This document shows, in pieces, positions 17,511-27,219 of a stretch of 64,000 nt of DNA. The DNA comes from a virus (taxonomy: Duplodnaviria; Caudoviricetes). How positions within the stretch are numbered: the stretch's first letter is position 1; every line of letters starts with the position of its first letter. The notes below the pieces were generated by a model that was given only the letters and a program-made list of their open reading frames with translations, searched no databases and was not told the origin of the DNA. Position numbers and translations under genes: made by a program. The stretch covers positions 25,820 through 89,819 of the IMG/VR virus record IMGVR_UViG_2894657497_000001; one strand, given 5' to 3'.

Positions 17511-18947
17511 ATGGTACTGTCTTATGACCAGATCCTTAAAAGCGCCGGCATGGAAATCACCGGCGATGACCGGGTAGAAGATCTCCGCAAGGCCCTCTAC
17601 TCGACCCAGAGCGGCGCCGCTTCCGGCTCGTCTGCCGGCCCGCTGATGCTCGAAAACCTGGACTCGGTGATGACCGAAGTCCTCTACACCGAGAAGCACT
17701 TCAAGGTGTACAACTACCTGCCCAAAGTCCCGAGTGCCCAGGCGTACTACCAGTACAACAAGCACACCGGATACGGCAGCAACCGTGCCGGTGGCGCAGG
17801 CTTCGCTGAAGGTGGCGCACCGCAGGGCCGCAACTCTACGTTCTCGCGTAACGGCGTCTACACCAAATACCTCGGCGTCCAGGGCGGCGTTACTCACCAG
17901 ATGCTGGTGGCCGGCCAGAACGGTGGCGTGTTTGAAGACCCGAACGTCCGTGAGAACCGCGACCGCACCCTGGAACTGCTCGAAAAAATCGAGCGCGAGC
18001 TGGTGTTCGGCCAGGCTGCCATCCAGGACGGCAACGGCGTCGAGGTCAACTTCGACGGCCTTCTGACCTCCCTCATGGCGCAGAAATCGTCCAACGTGAT
18101 CGATATGCAGGGCAAGCCTCTGGGATTCAGCAACCTCGACGAATCCGCGCTCTCGTTGGTCACTACCGGCAAGCAGCCCTCCGTCGATGGTTACATCTGC
18201 CTGAGTTCTGCCCACGTTAAGAGCGGCCTCAACAAGCAGTTCGCCGCCGCCAACATGGTCCGTATGAACAAGGATACCGCAACCGGCCAGGTCTATACCC
18301 CCGGTACGGCAATCGATAAGTACGACACCGAGTTCGGCACCATGCAGCTTGACCACAGTATCTTGCTGCAGGAAGTCGATGGTGGCGTACCGGCAACAGT
18401 CGCTCTGGCCAACTCCCCGGCGATTCCTGCCATCACCACCCAGCCGGCAGCAACGGCAGATGCCGCCTCCACCCTGTTCGCCGGGACGTACTACTACTCG
18501 GTGGCAGCCTTCAACGACGTGGGCGAATCGCTGCCGGTCGTCTGCACCGCAGTAGCCCCCACCGCAGGCCAGCGGGTCACCATCGTGATCACCCGTACCA
18601 CCGGCGCCACCGGCTACCGTATCTACCGCGGCCTTGCTGCTGACGGCTCCGACGCCAAATGGATTGCTAAGGTGGCCCAGACCGCTGCCGGCAACCTGAC
18701 GTTCGTCGACCAGGGCGCATGGAAACCGCTGGACGTCAACGGTAAACCCGGCGACGGTATCGCAATCCTGTTCAAGCCCAACCCGGCAGACATTGCGATT
18801 GCCCAGATGACCCCGCTGATCAAGATGCCGCTGCCGCAGGTTGGCACCATCTTCCCCTTCCTGCTCTTGGTCTACATGGTGAGCGTGCTCAAAGCCCCCG
18901 AGCGCCTGATCATTTACAAGAACTGCGGGACTTACCCTACGGCGTAA
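17511..18947 (+). CDS. Major capsid protein (Herelleviridae-like, with an Ig/FN3-like insertion)
   Basis: LRKAL...PLMLENLD, EVNFDGL, TYYYSVAAFN.GES, IAQMTPLIKMPL; strong RBS; followed by a terminator. Confidence 0.9.
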   Translation: MVLSYDQILKSAGMEITGDDRVEDLRKALYSTQSGAASGSSAGPLMLENLDSVMTEVLYTEKHFKVYNYLPKVPSAQAYYQYNKHTGYGSNRAGGAGFAEGGAPQGRNSTFSRNGVYTKYLGVQGGVTHQMLVAGQNGGVFEDPNVRENRDRTLELLEKIERELVFGQAAIQDGNGVEVNFDGLLTSLMAQKSSNVIDMQGKPLGFSNLDESALSLVTTGKQPSVDGYICLSSAHVKSGLNKQFAAANMVRMNKDTATGQVYTPGTAIDKYDTEFGTMQLDHSILLQEVDGGVPATVALANSPAIPAITTQPAATADAASTLFAGTYYYSVAAFNDVGESLPVVCTAVAPTAGQRVTIVITRTTGATGYRIYRGLAADGSDAKWIAKVAQTAAGNLTFVDQGAWKPLDVNGKPGDGIAILFKPNPADIAIAQMTPLIKMPLPQVGTIFPFLLLVYMVSVLKAPERLIIYKNCGTYPTA

Positions 18948-18971
18948 GTAGCGTATAGCAAACAGTGAGCA

Positions 18972-18999
18972 AAAGAGGGGAGTCCAAACTCCCCTCTTT
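18972..18999 (+). terminator. Hairpin/terminator after the capsid gene
   Basis: AAAGAGGGGAGT-ccaa-ACTCCCCTCTTT. Confidence 0.7.
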
Positions 19000-19024
19000 A
19001 TCAAAAAAACACCCGGAGGAAAGT

Positions 19025-19405
19025 ATGGCCACAAAAACGATTGAGATTGCATCCATCCACAAAGGCGACGTCAACATCTGCACCAAGAGCAACGAGCAGC
19101 GTACCATCACGTTCGAGGATAAGGGCGCCGTGGGTTTGGCCCTGGTCGATAACGACGAAGCGGAAATCCTCTTGGAAATCGGCCTGCCCAACTACTGGAA
19201 ACCGACCGTCAATGGCGGATCAGCATCGGATTCCAGCGCCGCCAGTGACGACAGCACTGTGAAGGTCATTGCCACCGTCCTGATCGAGCAGATCAACGCC
19301 GCCGAAACCGCCGAAGCTGTGGACGTCCTGGTCGGGGATGACACCAGGAAAACAGTCCTGGCCGCCGCCACCGCCCGCAAAGCTGCATTGGCTCCTGCCG
19401 AATAA
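19025..19405 (+). CDS. Small head-completion/hypothetical virion protein
   Basis: GGAGG RBS; C-terminal RKTVLAA helix. Confidence 0.6.
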   Translation: MATKTIEIASIHKGDVNICTKSNEQRTITFEDKGAVGLALVDNDEAEILLEIGLPNYWKPTVNGGSASDSSAASDDSTVKVIATVLIEQINAAETAEAVDVLVGDDTRKTVLAAATARKAALAPAE

Positions 19406-20757
19406 TGGCACTCACTGGCATCGAAATACGGCTCAACCGGGAAGAATACTCCCGGTTCGAGCCGGCCAGATCGGTGGTGCAGGCCCGGATAGTCCCGACA
19501 CCAGCCACCGCCCTTGTATCTGAATCCGTCGTGGTATCCATCGAAAAGAAGGGGATCCCGATTGCCACCCTCCCGGTGACTTTCAACGGCGACGTCGCAA
19601 AGGGCGCAGTTGTAGCTTTTGACCTGAACGGCATCACCGACGCCAACGGGATCACGCATATCAACCGCGGCGATTACAGCATAACGGCTACGCAGGGGAG
19701 CCTGACGACGGCGGGAACATTCAAAGTCGCCATGATCACCGCCGCCGAACTGCGAAAATCATACTGCCAGGGCCTTCACCTGGTCGCGGGCCTGAAAATG
19801 GCCCCCAAGCGCCAGCCATCAGTCGTGACCGGCGTGGTCATTACCAACGTGTCCAAGAGCACCACCAAGGGCGTCAAGGCGCTGGCCTGGGATGCTACGG
19901 CCAAAACCCTGACCTGGGACGGTGGAGTCGCCACCCCGATCACCGAGGACAGCATCGAGGAAATACTGATCGATGCAAAAGGCAACTACGTTGAAACAGA
20001 AATCGATTTCTACGCGCTTCCCGACGCAAACGCTGCCGAGGGTATCCTGATCGACCAGCAAGAGCTTACAGACGAATTTCTGCGCTCGGAGATCGAAAAG
20101 GCGACGACGGAGATCGAAGACGCCCTGAAGGTATCGCTGGAGCCATTACGCATTGCCACGGATCCGTATTATTCGGCACCGGACCAAGGGGAATACTTCG
20201 ACGCCAAGGCCACCTCCCTGGCCTACTACGAAAAGGACTTCAACCAGCGAGGCATGTCATGGCATATCGATTTGCCGTACCACCAAGTCGTCGCGGTCGA
20301 TAGCTTGGTCGGATACCTCGGAGACACCAAGGCCCTGGAACTGAAAGCCGGAGCCCTTACAGTCAACCGGAAGACCGGCAACGTGGACGTGCTGCCGTAC
20401 AACAGCCAGTTCGCCATGTTTTACGCATTTTTTTTGGGGATGAACTTCTGGGGGGTCCGGGAATATATCGCCAATTTCTGGCGTTACAAGCTGCTGGTCG
20501 GCGTGACGGACAAGCACGCGGAACTCATAAAGATGGTCGGCTACGCCGCTTCGATATCCGTCCTGATCACCGCCGAGCAGGCATACCGATCAGGCATGAC
20601 CAACGAGAGCATCAGCAAGGACGGAGTGTCGCGCAGCACGGCATATAATGCCCAAGGCATCTACGATACCACGATTGCCGAGTACAAGGGATGGCTCAAG
20701 GACAACATCCCCAAATACCGCAATCTGTACCGCGGGATGCCCTGCGTGGTGGTCTGA
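19405..20757 (+). CDS. Head-tail connector (neck) protein with N-terminal extension
   Basis: Position after the capsid; C-terminal SISKDGVSRS motif. Confidence 0.6.
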   Translation: MALTGIEIRLNREEYSRFEPARSVVQARIVPTPATALVSESVVVSIEKKGIPIATLPVTFNGDVAKGAVVAFDLNGITDANGITHINRGDYSITATQGSLTTAGTFKVAMITAAELRKSYCQGLHLVAGLKMAPKRQPSVVTGVVITNVSKSTTKGVKALAWDATAKTLTWDGGVATPITEDSIEEILIDAKGNYVETEIDFYALPDANAAEGILIDQQELTDEFLRSEIEKATTEIEDALKVSLEPLRIATDPYYSAPDQGEYFDAKATSLAYYEKDFNQRGMSWHIDLPYHQVVAVDSLVGYLGDTKALELKAGALTVNRKTGNVDVLPYNSQFAMFYAFFLGMNFWGVREYIANFWRYKLLVGVTDKHAELIKMVGYAASISVLITAEQAYRSGMTNESISKDGVSRSTAYNAQGIYDTTIAEYKGWLKDNIPKYRNLYRGMPCVVV

Positions 20758-20758
20758 C

Positions 20759-21391
20759 ATGCCCATCCCCGTAGAGGCCATAGACCAGTTTGTGGACGAC
20801 GAGGGCGAAACGGTCCGGCACCAGATCGGCATGCGCTGCTTCTGCCACGGAGCAGACGGCCAGCCGGACCCGAACTGCACCCTCCACGAGAACGGAGGAT
20901 GGTACTACGCCGAGGAACAGATCATCACCGGCCTGGTGACCGACATCAGCCAGCGCAGGGAGTTGATGGAGACCGGAGCGTTCATGCCGGGAGACTGCGT
21001 ATTCTCCCCCAAGTCGACCGATCTGGTCAGCGAAGGCGACAAGATCATTTTCACCTGGCCTTTGCCATACGGCCAGGGGGATGTGCTGGTCAGAGGGACC
21101 GGGGCGAGCGACACGCTCTACTATGAGGGCGTCAAGGGCATCTACTGTATCGACCAGGTAAAGCAGTATTACCGGCAGGATGTGGACTATAAGCTGGACG
21201 GGAAAAACATCGTCTGGGATTGGACCGGTAAAACCGGCATAAAGCCCGCCTCCGGCACCAAGTACGTGATCAAGTACACGGCCTATATCGAGTGGATCGC
21301 CTTCGTGCCCCCGGTGACCAGGACCAGCTCCGGCGAGGATATCGGCGCTAAGGTAATGCTGCGCAAGAAGCACCTCATGGAGCAGGTATGA
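20759..21391 (+). CDS. Head closure/neck protein
   Basis: CFC...DPNC..H..GGWYY; position. Confidence 0.6.
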   Translation: MPIPVEAIDQFVDDEGETVRHQIGMRCFCHGADGQPDPNCTLHENGGWYYAEEQIITGLVTDISQRRELMETGAFMPGDCVFSPKSTDLVSEGDKIIFTWPLPYGQGDVLVRGTGASDTLYYEGVKGIYCIDQVKQYYRQDVDYKLDGKNIVWDWTGKTGIKPASGTKYVIKYTAYIEWIAFVPPVTRTSSGEDIGAKVMLRKKHLMEQV

Positions 21392-22158
21392 TGCAAACCG
21401 CCCCCAACATAGATGCGGCCATTATCAAGGCGGCGCAGTATGTCCAGGCTACGTGGCAACAGGCGGCCATGGGCGCGATACAGTTGCCGGGGGCTACCAC
21501 CCCCACGGTCAACATCGGTCTGCGCCAGCTTTATGCAGATAATATCGTGCTCGGCAACCAGGTCAGGGGCGTCAACAGCGTTTCCCAGCGGATAATCGCA
21601 ACAAAGAAGATCGCCGAGCAACTGGAAAACGGATGCGGCCCATGGGACATGAAGCCCATGCTCCTGAACGGTCCGAAGGCCAGAGTGGGCAAGAACGGCA
21701 GGTACAACATTATCCCGTTCCGCCACGGCACGGGCAGTAGCTCTGCCCCGAACAACAATTTTAAGACCATGCCGAAGGACATATACCAGAAGGCACGGCA
21801 AATGAAAGCGACGGTGCAGCAGGGCAACAGGCTCAAATACGGCGGCAGGTTGACCGGGACGGAAACCAAGTACGCCCCCGGGAAAAACCCCACCAGCGGG
21901 TATCAGCACAAGGCCGGCAGGTTTGAAGGGATGGTCAGGGTCGAGAAGACCTATGCCAAGGCAAAGCAGAGCACGTACCTGACCTTCCGCGTCGTCAGCG
22001 AGAAGTCAGACCCAGGGTCGTGGATCCACCCGGGATACCAGGCGCACCATATCGCCAAAGGGGTAGAAAATTTCTGCCGGTCCGCAGTAGAGCAGATGAT
22101 CCAGGAGGCGGCAACACACGATCTCCAAGAGGCGATTGTCACCATAGGAGCAGTGTAA
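21388..22158 (+). CDS. Neck/tail-completion protein
   Basis: DMKP.LL...IIPFRH...TFRVVSEKSDPGSWIHPG, typical of Twort/SPO1-like neck genes. Confidence 0.7.
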   Translation: MMQTAPNIDAAIIKAAQYVQATWQQAAMGAIQLPGATTPTVNIGLRQLYADNIVLGNQVRGVNSVSQRIIATKKIAEQLENGCGPWDMKPMLLNGPKARVGKNGRYNIIPFRHGTGSSSAPNNNFKTMPKDIYQKARQMKATVQQGNRLKYGGRLTGTETKYAPGKNPTSGYQHKAGRFEGMVRVEKTYAKAKQSTYLTFRVVSEKSDPGSWIHPGYQAHHIAKGVENFCRSAVEQMIQEAATHDLQEAIVTIGAV

Positions 22159-22803
22159 ATGGGATTCCCGAACATCGACAAGATGCTACAAAAACTGTTC
22201 GTACAAAAGGTTCAGGAAGCGCAGGCAGATCCGCAAACGTTGATCGATGATCTTTTTGACGATCTGGACAGTGCCGAGCAAGCCGAAATCAGCCAGTACC
22301 TACTCAGAAAGGAATTCACCAAGGACGTTCGTGATCGCGGGAGCAAGGTATTCGTCACCCTGAGTTTTATCATGACCGACGTCCCGTTCCCGCAGATCGG
22401 GATTACTCTCGGGCAGGAGAACACGGACCGGTGGATAGGCGACGCCATCGGGGAGTCGGTGGCGGTAACCGATACGACCGGGAAGACCATCGCGTGGGAT
22501 GTGGTCAAGGGCTACTACGCGAAATCATCCTGGAACGTGACCATAGCCGCAGCGACCAAGGACGAGGTTATATGGCTGTCCCGGCTGTGCCAGCACAGCA
22601 TCATGTCCAGCATGGATGATCTGGCCGGCGCCGGCGTCGCAGAACTCGACGTAGCCATGGCAGACCTCCAACTGCAGGCCGACCAGCAGCCTATGACCGT
22701 TTTCAGTCGGCAGCTTCGTATCACGGCCACCACGGAGAACACCTGGAAGAAACGCATACCGGCCTCATACTATGCGACCGGCAACAATACGGCATTAGCG
22801 TAA
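22159..22803 (+). CDS. Tail terminator-like protein
   Basis: FPQIGITL; position before the sheath. Confidence 0.55.
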   Translation: MGFPNIDKMLQKLFVQKVQEAQADPQTLIDDLFDDLDSAEQAEISQYLLRKEFTKDVRDRGSKVFVTLSFIMTDVPFPQIGITLGQENTDRWIGDAIGESVAVTDTTGKTIAWDVVKGYYAKSSWNVTIAAATKDEVIWLSRLCQHSIMSSMDDLAGAGVAELDVAMADLQLQADQQPMTVFSRQLRITATTENTWKKRIPASYYATGNNTALA

Positions 22804-22843
22804 CCATGATGTAGCGCATAGCAAACAAAGGGAGGTTCACAAC

Positions 22844-23116
22844 ATGGGTAATAGAGCAGGTACGTCCGCGAACTCGGATACGACGGACACCAGCACAACC
22901 GAGGAAGTTCAGGAGTTCCCGGTCACACTGACCGAGTTCCTGGCCGAGATCCAGCATTCACAGGCCGAGCGGAAAGCGTCCTTCGAGCACCTCTGCAAGA
23001 AGGAAGGAATCAACGGGCGCAAAACCAGGGCGGAATGGAACGCCTTGATAACGTCATTCGACAACAAGCCGGTCGGCACCACATGGACTGATTGGCAGAA
23101 CCAGGGAGGTAAATAG
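22844..23116 (+). CDS. Small hypothetical virion protein
   Basis: GGGAGG RBS; position before the sheath. Confidence 0.6.
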   Translation: MGNRAGTSANSDTTDTSTTEEVQEFPVTLTEFLAEIQHSQAERKASFEHLCKKEGINGRKTRAEWNALITSFDNKPVGTTWTDWQNQGGK

Positions 23117-23118
23117 GG

Positions 23119-24852
23119 ATGGGAAAGGGAATACTCTGGAACGGTAAATATTACCTGACGCCGCAGGCAGGATCCCGCATCGATTCGTCCGGCCTGTCAA
23201 GCGTGACCCTCGGCAGCGACAATAATGTTGCATTCCTGGCGGAGATGACCGGGCTGATACCGCCCAAAACAGCGCAGAAGGTCTCCGACCCGTCGCTGCC
23301 GCTGTCGCTGATTTATACCGACCGCGAAGAGGCGCGTCTGGCAACGCAATTGCTGTTCTCGCCGTCAACGGCGGTTGCCGGCGCCAGCAACGTCTACCTG
23401 ATACCGGTCAACCCGTGTACCCAGGCAAACTCGACATTCTCCAACGTCCTGAAATTGACGTCGTACCTCTACGGGCTCACGGCAAATCAGATCAAGGCGA
23501 AGATCGAGGCGGGCACCACCGGGAAAAAGGTCACGGTCCAGTATGGCAGCAACGTGGAAACATACGACAACCTTACCAATAGTTCGTTTTCGATCAAGTA
23601 CACCGGTACCGGGACCGCTTGCACCATGACCATCAATGTGGCCGCAGCAACCGCATTGCTGACCACGGCATGCACGGGGGCCACGACTGACAACCTGTCT
23701 CTCAGTCTGACCGCCTACAAGACGATTTCCCAACTCGTCAATGCCATCGAGTCGAGCGGGAAGTACGATGTTACGGTCCTCACCGGTTCGCCCGACGATG
23801 ATCTCAGCATCGACCTCGACAACGTGACGACGCAGGACATTATGACCGCAGTATATACGGCCAAAAGCGACCTGCAGGCGATAGTCGACGGCATCAACAA
23901 GTATTCCAGCTACGTGAGTGCGGCGCGGGTTGCCGACGCCGGCGCGGCCCCGGCCAATGTGGCATGGACCTTTCTCGCGGGCGGTACGGAAGGAACCACG
24001 ACATCATCCGATTGGGACGATGCTCTTTCGCTGCTCAAGGGGATGGATGTTCAGATCGTCGTGGCGCTCACATCCGATGCCTCGGTACATGCCAAGCTGT
24101 CGGCCCACTGCACCTACATGAGCGGGCCGAACGGCAAAAGCGAACGCCGTGGATTCGTAGGCGGAGCCCTGCAATCTTGGGTCAGCGAGACGGCCAGGAC
24201 TGCCGCGATCACCGCGCTCGAGGGACTGGCCGATGACCTCAATACCGACCGTATCGTGCATGCCACCCTGGGATGCTACCGGTACGATCCCAATGGCAAC
24301 AAGAAGCTGTATCCGGCATATCTGACCGCATGCATTTATGCCGGAATCGCAGCCGGAGCAACACCGGTCACCCCGCTGACGCGCAAAAGCCTCGACTGCC
24401 TCGGCCTCGAAGTCGAACTGAGAAAGTCGGAAGTCGATACGCTGATTGATGCCGGCCTGGCTCCGCCTATTCCCGACGCGGTAGCCGGGAGCGGGTATGT
24501 TATCAGCCGCCAGATCACCACATGGAACCAGACTGACGACCTGTACCGTCTGGAATATTCGGTTGGTCGCGGCGCCGACTATATCGCCCGCCAGGTTCGC
24601 AACGAGCACGAGGCGCTGGTTGGGCAGGCCGGCACCGAGACGCTGGACATTACCATCGTCAACGTGACCAACGCGGTCCTGGCCGCCGCCAAGCGCGACG
24701 GGTACATCCGTAACTACGACCCGAAATCCACGCAACTGCGGGTGGACGGAACCGTTCGGTATGTTGACTATTGGGCAGAACCGATACTTCCCGTGAATTT
24801 CGTGTTTAGTACATTCCATCTGCAGCCTACGAAGTTTTCAATAGGCATATAA
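23119..24852 (+). CDS. Tail sheath protein
   Basis: LAGGTEG...W..AL..L, LTRK.L, ITTW, PILPVNFV. Confidence 0.9.
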   Translation: MGKGILWNGKYYLTPQAGSRIDSSGLSSVTLGSDNNVAFLAEMTGLIPPKTAQKVSDPSLPLSLIYTDREEARLATQLLFSPSTAVAGASNVYLIPVNPCTQANSTFSNVLKLTSYLYGLTANQIKAKIEAGTTGKKVTVQYGSNVETYDNLTNSSFSIKYTGTGTACTMTINVAAATALLTTACTGATTDNLSLSLTAYKTISQLVNAIESSGKYDVTVLTGSPDDDLSIDLDNVTTQDIMTAVYTAKSDLQAIVDGINKYSSYVSAARVADAGAAPANVAWTFLAGGTEGTTTSSDWDDALSLLKGMDVQIVVALTSDASVHAKLSAHCTYMSGPNGKSERRGFVGGALQSWVSETARTAAITALEGLADDLNTDRIVHATLGCYRYDPNGNKKLYPAYLTACIYAGIAAGATPVTPLTRKSLDCLGLEVELRKSEVDTLIDAGLAPPIPDAVAGSGYVISRQITTWNQTDDLYRLEYSVGRGADYIARQVRNEHEALVGQAGTETLDITIVNVTNAVLAAAKRDGYIRNYDPKSTQLRVDGTVRYVDYWAEPILPVNFVFSTFHLQPTKFSIGI

Positions 24853-25908
24853 TCCCATGATGCGGCGCCCTTTCTCCCATTTAATCTTTTTTCGTTGGAG
24901 AAAGGGGCCGCCGTCATCATAAAGGAAATGGAACAGAGACTCTACCTTATGAATTCCGCTTGCTCGCAAATGCCAACATCCATGATGTTGTTTTATTCCA
25001 GAAAGAACCAAACCAGTACATTGACATATGCCATCTCTAAGATAGGACATGATAGAACCGTTCCCAACGCAAGACCAAGCCTGCTCGATTGTCGGGAGGC
25101 CACTTTTGGAAGTCCTGTTTTTCCGGGAGTGGAAGACAATACACCCATCACCGTCAAAATAACCACGAACAAAATGCCGGAACAAACGGTCAGGAATCCC
25201 AGTGACAGCAGTGTCAACATTTGTTTTATTGGGGATACATCCGTGGGATACCAAAGAATCAAAGAGGGTTTTGTCTCTTATATCAATGGCACATGCCTCC
25301 GCATGACGCGTTTCACCATGCAAAATGTATTTGTGAGTAGAAAACTTTACAGGATGGTCTGAACGTATGGCTACCTTGAATGACTCTAAATGGCCGCTGT
25401 CTGACGCTTTAAGCCCAATACGTAGCCCAGGACTCCGCCCACTAAATACGCAACCATCAGCCATAATAAACCCAAACCAATATGCTTTAGTCGCAGAATC
25501 GATAACAGAAAAGAAGTCGGAGTTGACATGGTATGAGCGAAAAGCAGGCTCGCGGAAAATATGCTCTTGGTCTCGCAATATTTTTCTAGCATTGCTCTCG
25601 CTGATATCGAACTCGGCAGCCAGATCTGCGACTGAAACTAACCCAGAATTATACCTGGAACAAAATTGCTCTCGCCTCTCCGGTGATAACTTGCGCCGGG
25701 CCAAATTGGCCGTTGCGTGCTCTCGGGAAACGTTGATAGCGGCTTTCACCCCCCGGTGTTGGACACCGATACCAGAAAGCAATTTTTTTAATGTTTTTGA
25801 AGCAATGTGGTGTTTTTCGGCAAGCCTCCACATGGCAACGCCATTTGCATATTCGCTGGCTATACCGGAGACAAGCACAGGATCGTAAGTTTTACAGTTA
25901 AAATGCAC
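24838..25908 (-). mobile_element. Free-standing LAGLIDADG homing endonuclease with N-terminal HTH repeats
   Basis: AYWFGFIMADGC and FVRGYFDGDGC; AAGGAG RBS before GTG 25908; lower GC. Confidence 0.9.
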
Positions 25909-25978
25909 GACAAACTCCTTCGGAAAACGGTGGTCGCGTTGTAGCATATATCAAACAGATTGCAAGGAGGAATAGCCC

Positions 25979-26386
25979 ATGGCACTTGATACAGCAACCG
26001 GCAACAGGGTACTACTGAAGATCAAAGGAATCGTCATAGGGATGTGCCAGAACGTCTCCTTTGACGACGATTTCGGACTCCAGGAAGTCGATGGCATCGG
26101 CGACCTGGAGGTGGCAGGCTTCGAGGCCGGCAAGCTGACACACCGGATCAGCGGAGAGAAATACTTCGTGAAATCCCAGACGTTGGTGAAGCTCGGATTT
26201 ATCCCCAACAGCACCGGATGGCTTACCGCTCCCGAACTGGCGGTAGAGGTCGTTGACAGCGTGTCTGGCGAAACCGTCGAGAGCTATTCGGGCTGCAAAT
26301 TCAACACCCACAGCCGGAAGTACAACAAGCACAGCATCACCGGAGAATCGTTCCAGATCTTCGCCCGCCACAAGGAAACAGCATAA
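25979..26386 (+). CDS. Tail tube protein
   Basis: TGNRV..KI.G..IG..QNV...DDFG...V.GIG; AAGGAGG RBS. Confidence 0.85.
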   Translation: MALDTATGNRVLLKIKGIVIGMCQNVSFDDDFGLQEVDGIGDLEVAGFEAGKLTHRISGEKYFVKSQTLVKLGFIPNSTGWLTAPELAVEVVDSVSGETVESYSGCKFNTHSRKYNKHSITGESFQIFARHKETA

Positions 26387-26407
26387 CCGCAGCGTAGCGC
26401 ATGGCAA

Positions 26408-26430
26408 GCGGGGAGGTAGCCCCTCCCCGC
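26408..26430 (+). terminator. GC hairpin after the tube gene
   Basis: GCGGGGAGG-tagcc-CCTCCCCGC; weak T tail. Confidence 0.45.
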
Positions 26431-26451
26431 CTAAATTTACCAGGAGGCATT

Positions 26452-26892
26452 ATGTCCATCCAACTCAAGACCAGTTTCAACATCGAAAATGCAATCTGCC
26501 CAACCACCGGGAAGCCATTCGGAAGCAAATACGCCGGTACGTTCACCATCCGCCGCCCCTCTCTTCTCGATAAAAAGAACATATCTGTAAAAAATGCCGC
26601 GAGCATGTCAGCAGCCGGGACAATTGCGGCAGGAACAATGGACAAAATAGCATTGCTGATTTCGTATATTTTCAGCTTTGTCACCACAGTCAATGAGGAA
26701 GAACTCCCTGCGTGGTTCAACATGGCGGACCTCTATGACGGAGAAGACGAAGATGCGGTATTCGCGGTATGGGACGAGGTGCAGAACTACTTAAACTCCT
26801 TTCGACCCAAGGACAATAGCGGAAACGGTCCCACGGGAGATGGACAAGCTACGGTTTTGGTTCCGAAAGACGTACAACCTGCCGCCGACTGA
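26452..26892 (+). CDS. Tail assembly chaperone
   Basis: Between tube and tape measure; GTFTIRRP...LPAWF...YLNSFR. Confidence 0.75.
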   Translation: MSIQLKTSFNIENAICPTTGKPFGSKYAGTFTIRRPSLLDKKNISVKNAASMSAAGTIAAGTMDKIALLISYIFSFVTTVNEEELPAWFNMADLYDGEDEDAVFAVWDEVQNYLNSFRPKDNSGNGPTGDGQATVLVPKDVQPAAD

Positions 26893-27163
26893 CCCACGGT
26901 ACCAGAACGTGACCGATGAAGAGATCACGCTCGAATATGAGATGCACCTGGCCGCAGACGGCAAGTCGCTAAAAACATGCTTCAAATGTGGATACAAGAC
27001 ATACCGCGACCAGTGCCCAGAATGCGGAGTAGAAATATCAAGCGACTCCACGGCGGACGAAATCCTAGAACGTCTCGAAAATGGAGAGGATATAGACTTG
27101 GAAGAGATACTGCGCGGTGACCAGTGGAAGCCAGTTGAAGTTCCCAAACAGGCCGGGGCATAG
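26797..27163 (+). CDS. Chaperone extension, probably reached by a +1 frameshift at TCC TTT CGA
   Basis: The +1 frame opens right after TAA 26792-26794; FWFRKTYNLPPTDPRY; no well-spaced RBS for ATG 26840. Confidence 0.6.
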
Positions 27164-27219
27164 CGCTCCGGCCTGTGGTCGTTTAGAAAACGGATAACTG
27201 CGATACGTGGAGGCGAAAC

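Noticed and set aside
18930-26409. Reverse-oriented motif copies as antisense promoters
   Set aside because: Only 3 of 16 (18947, 22810, 26393) have a TAnnnT at 16-bp spacing, so this is not a general explanation. It cannot be excluded for those three.
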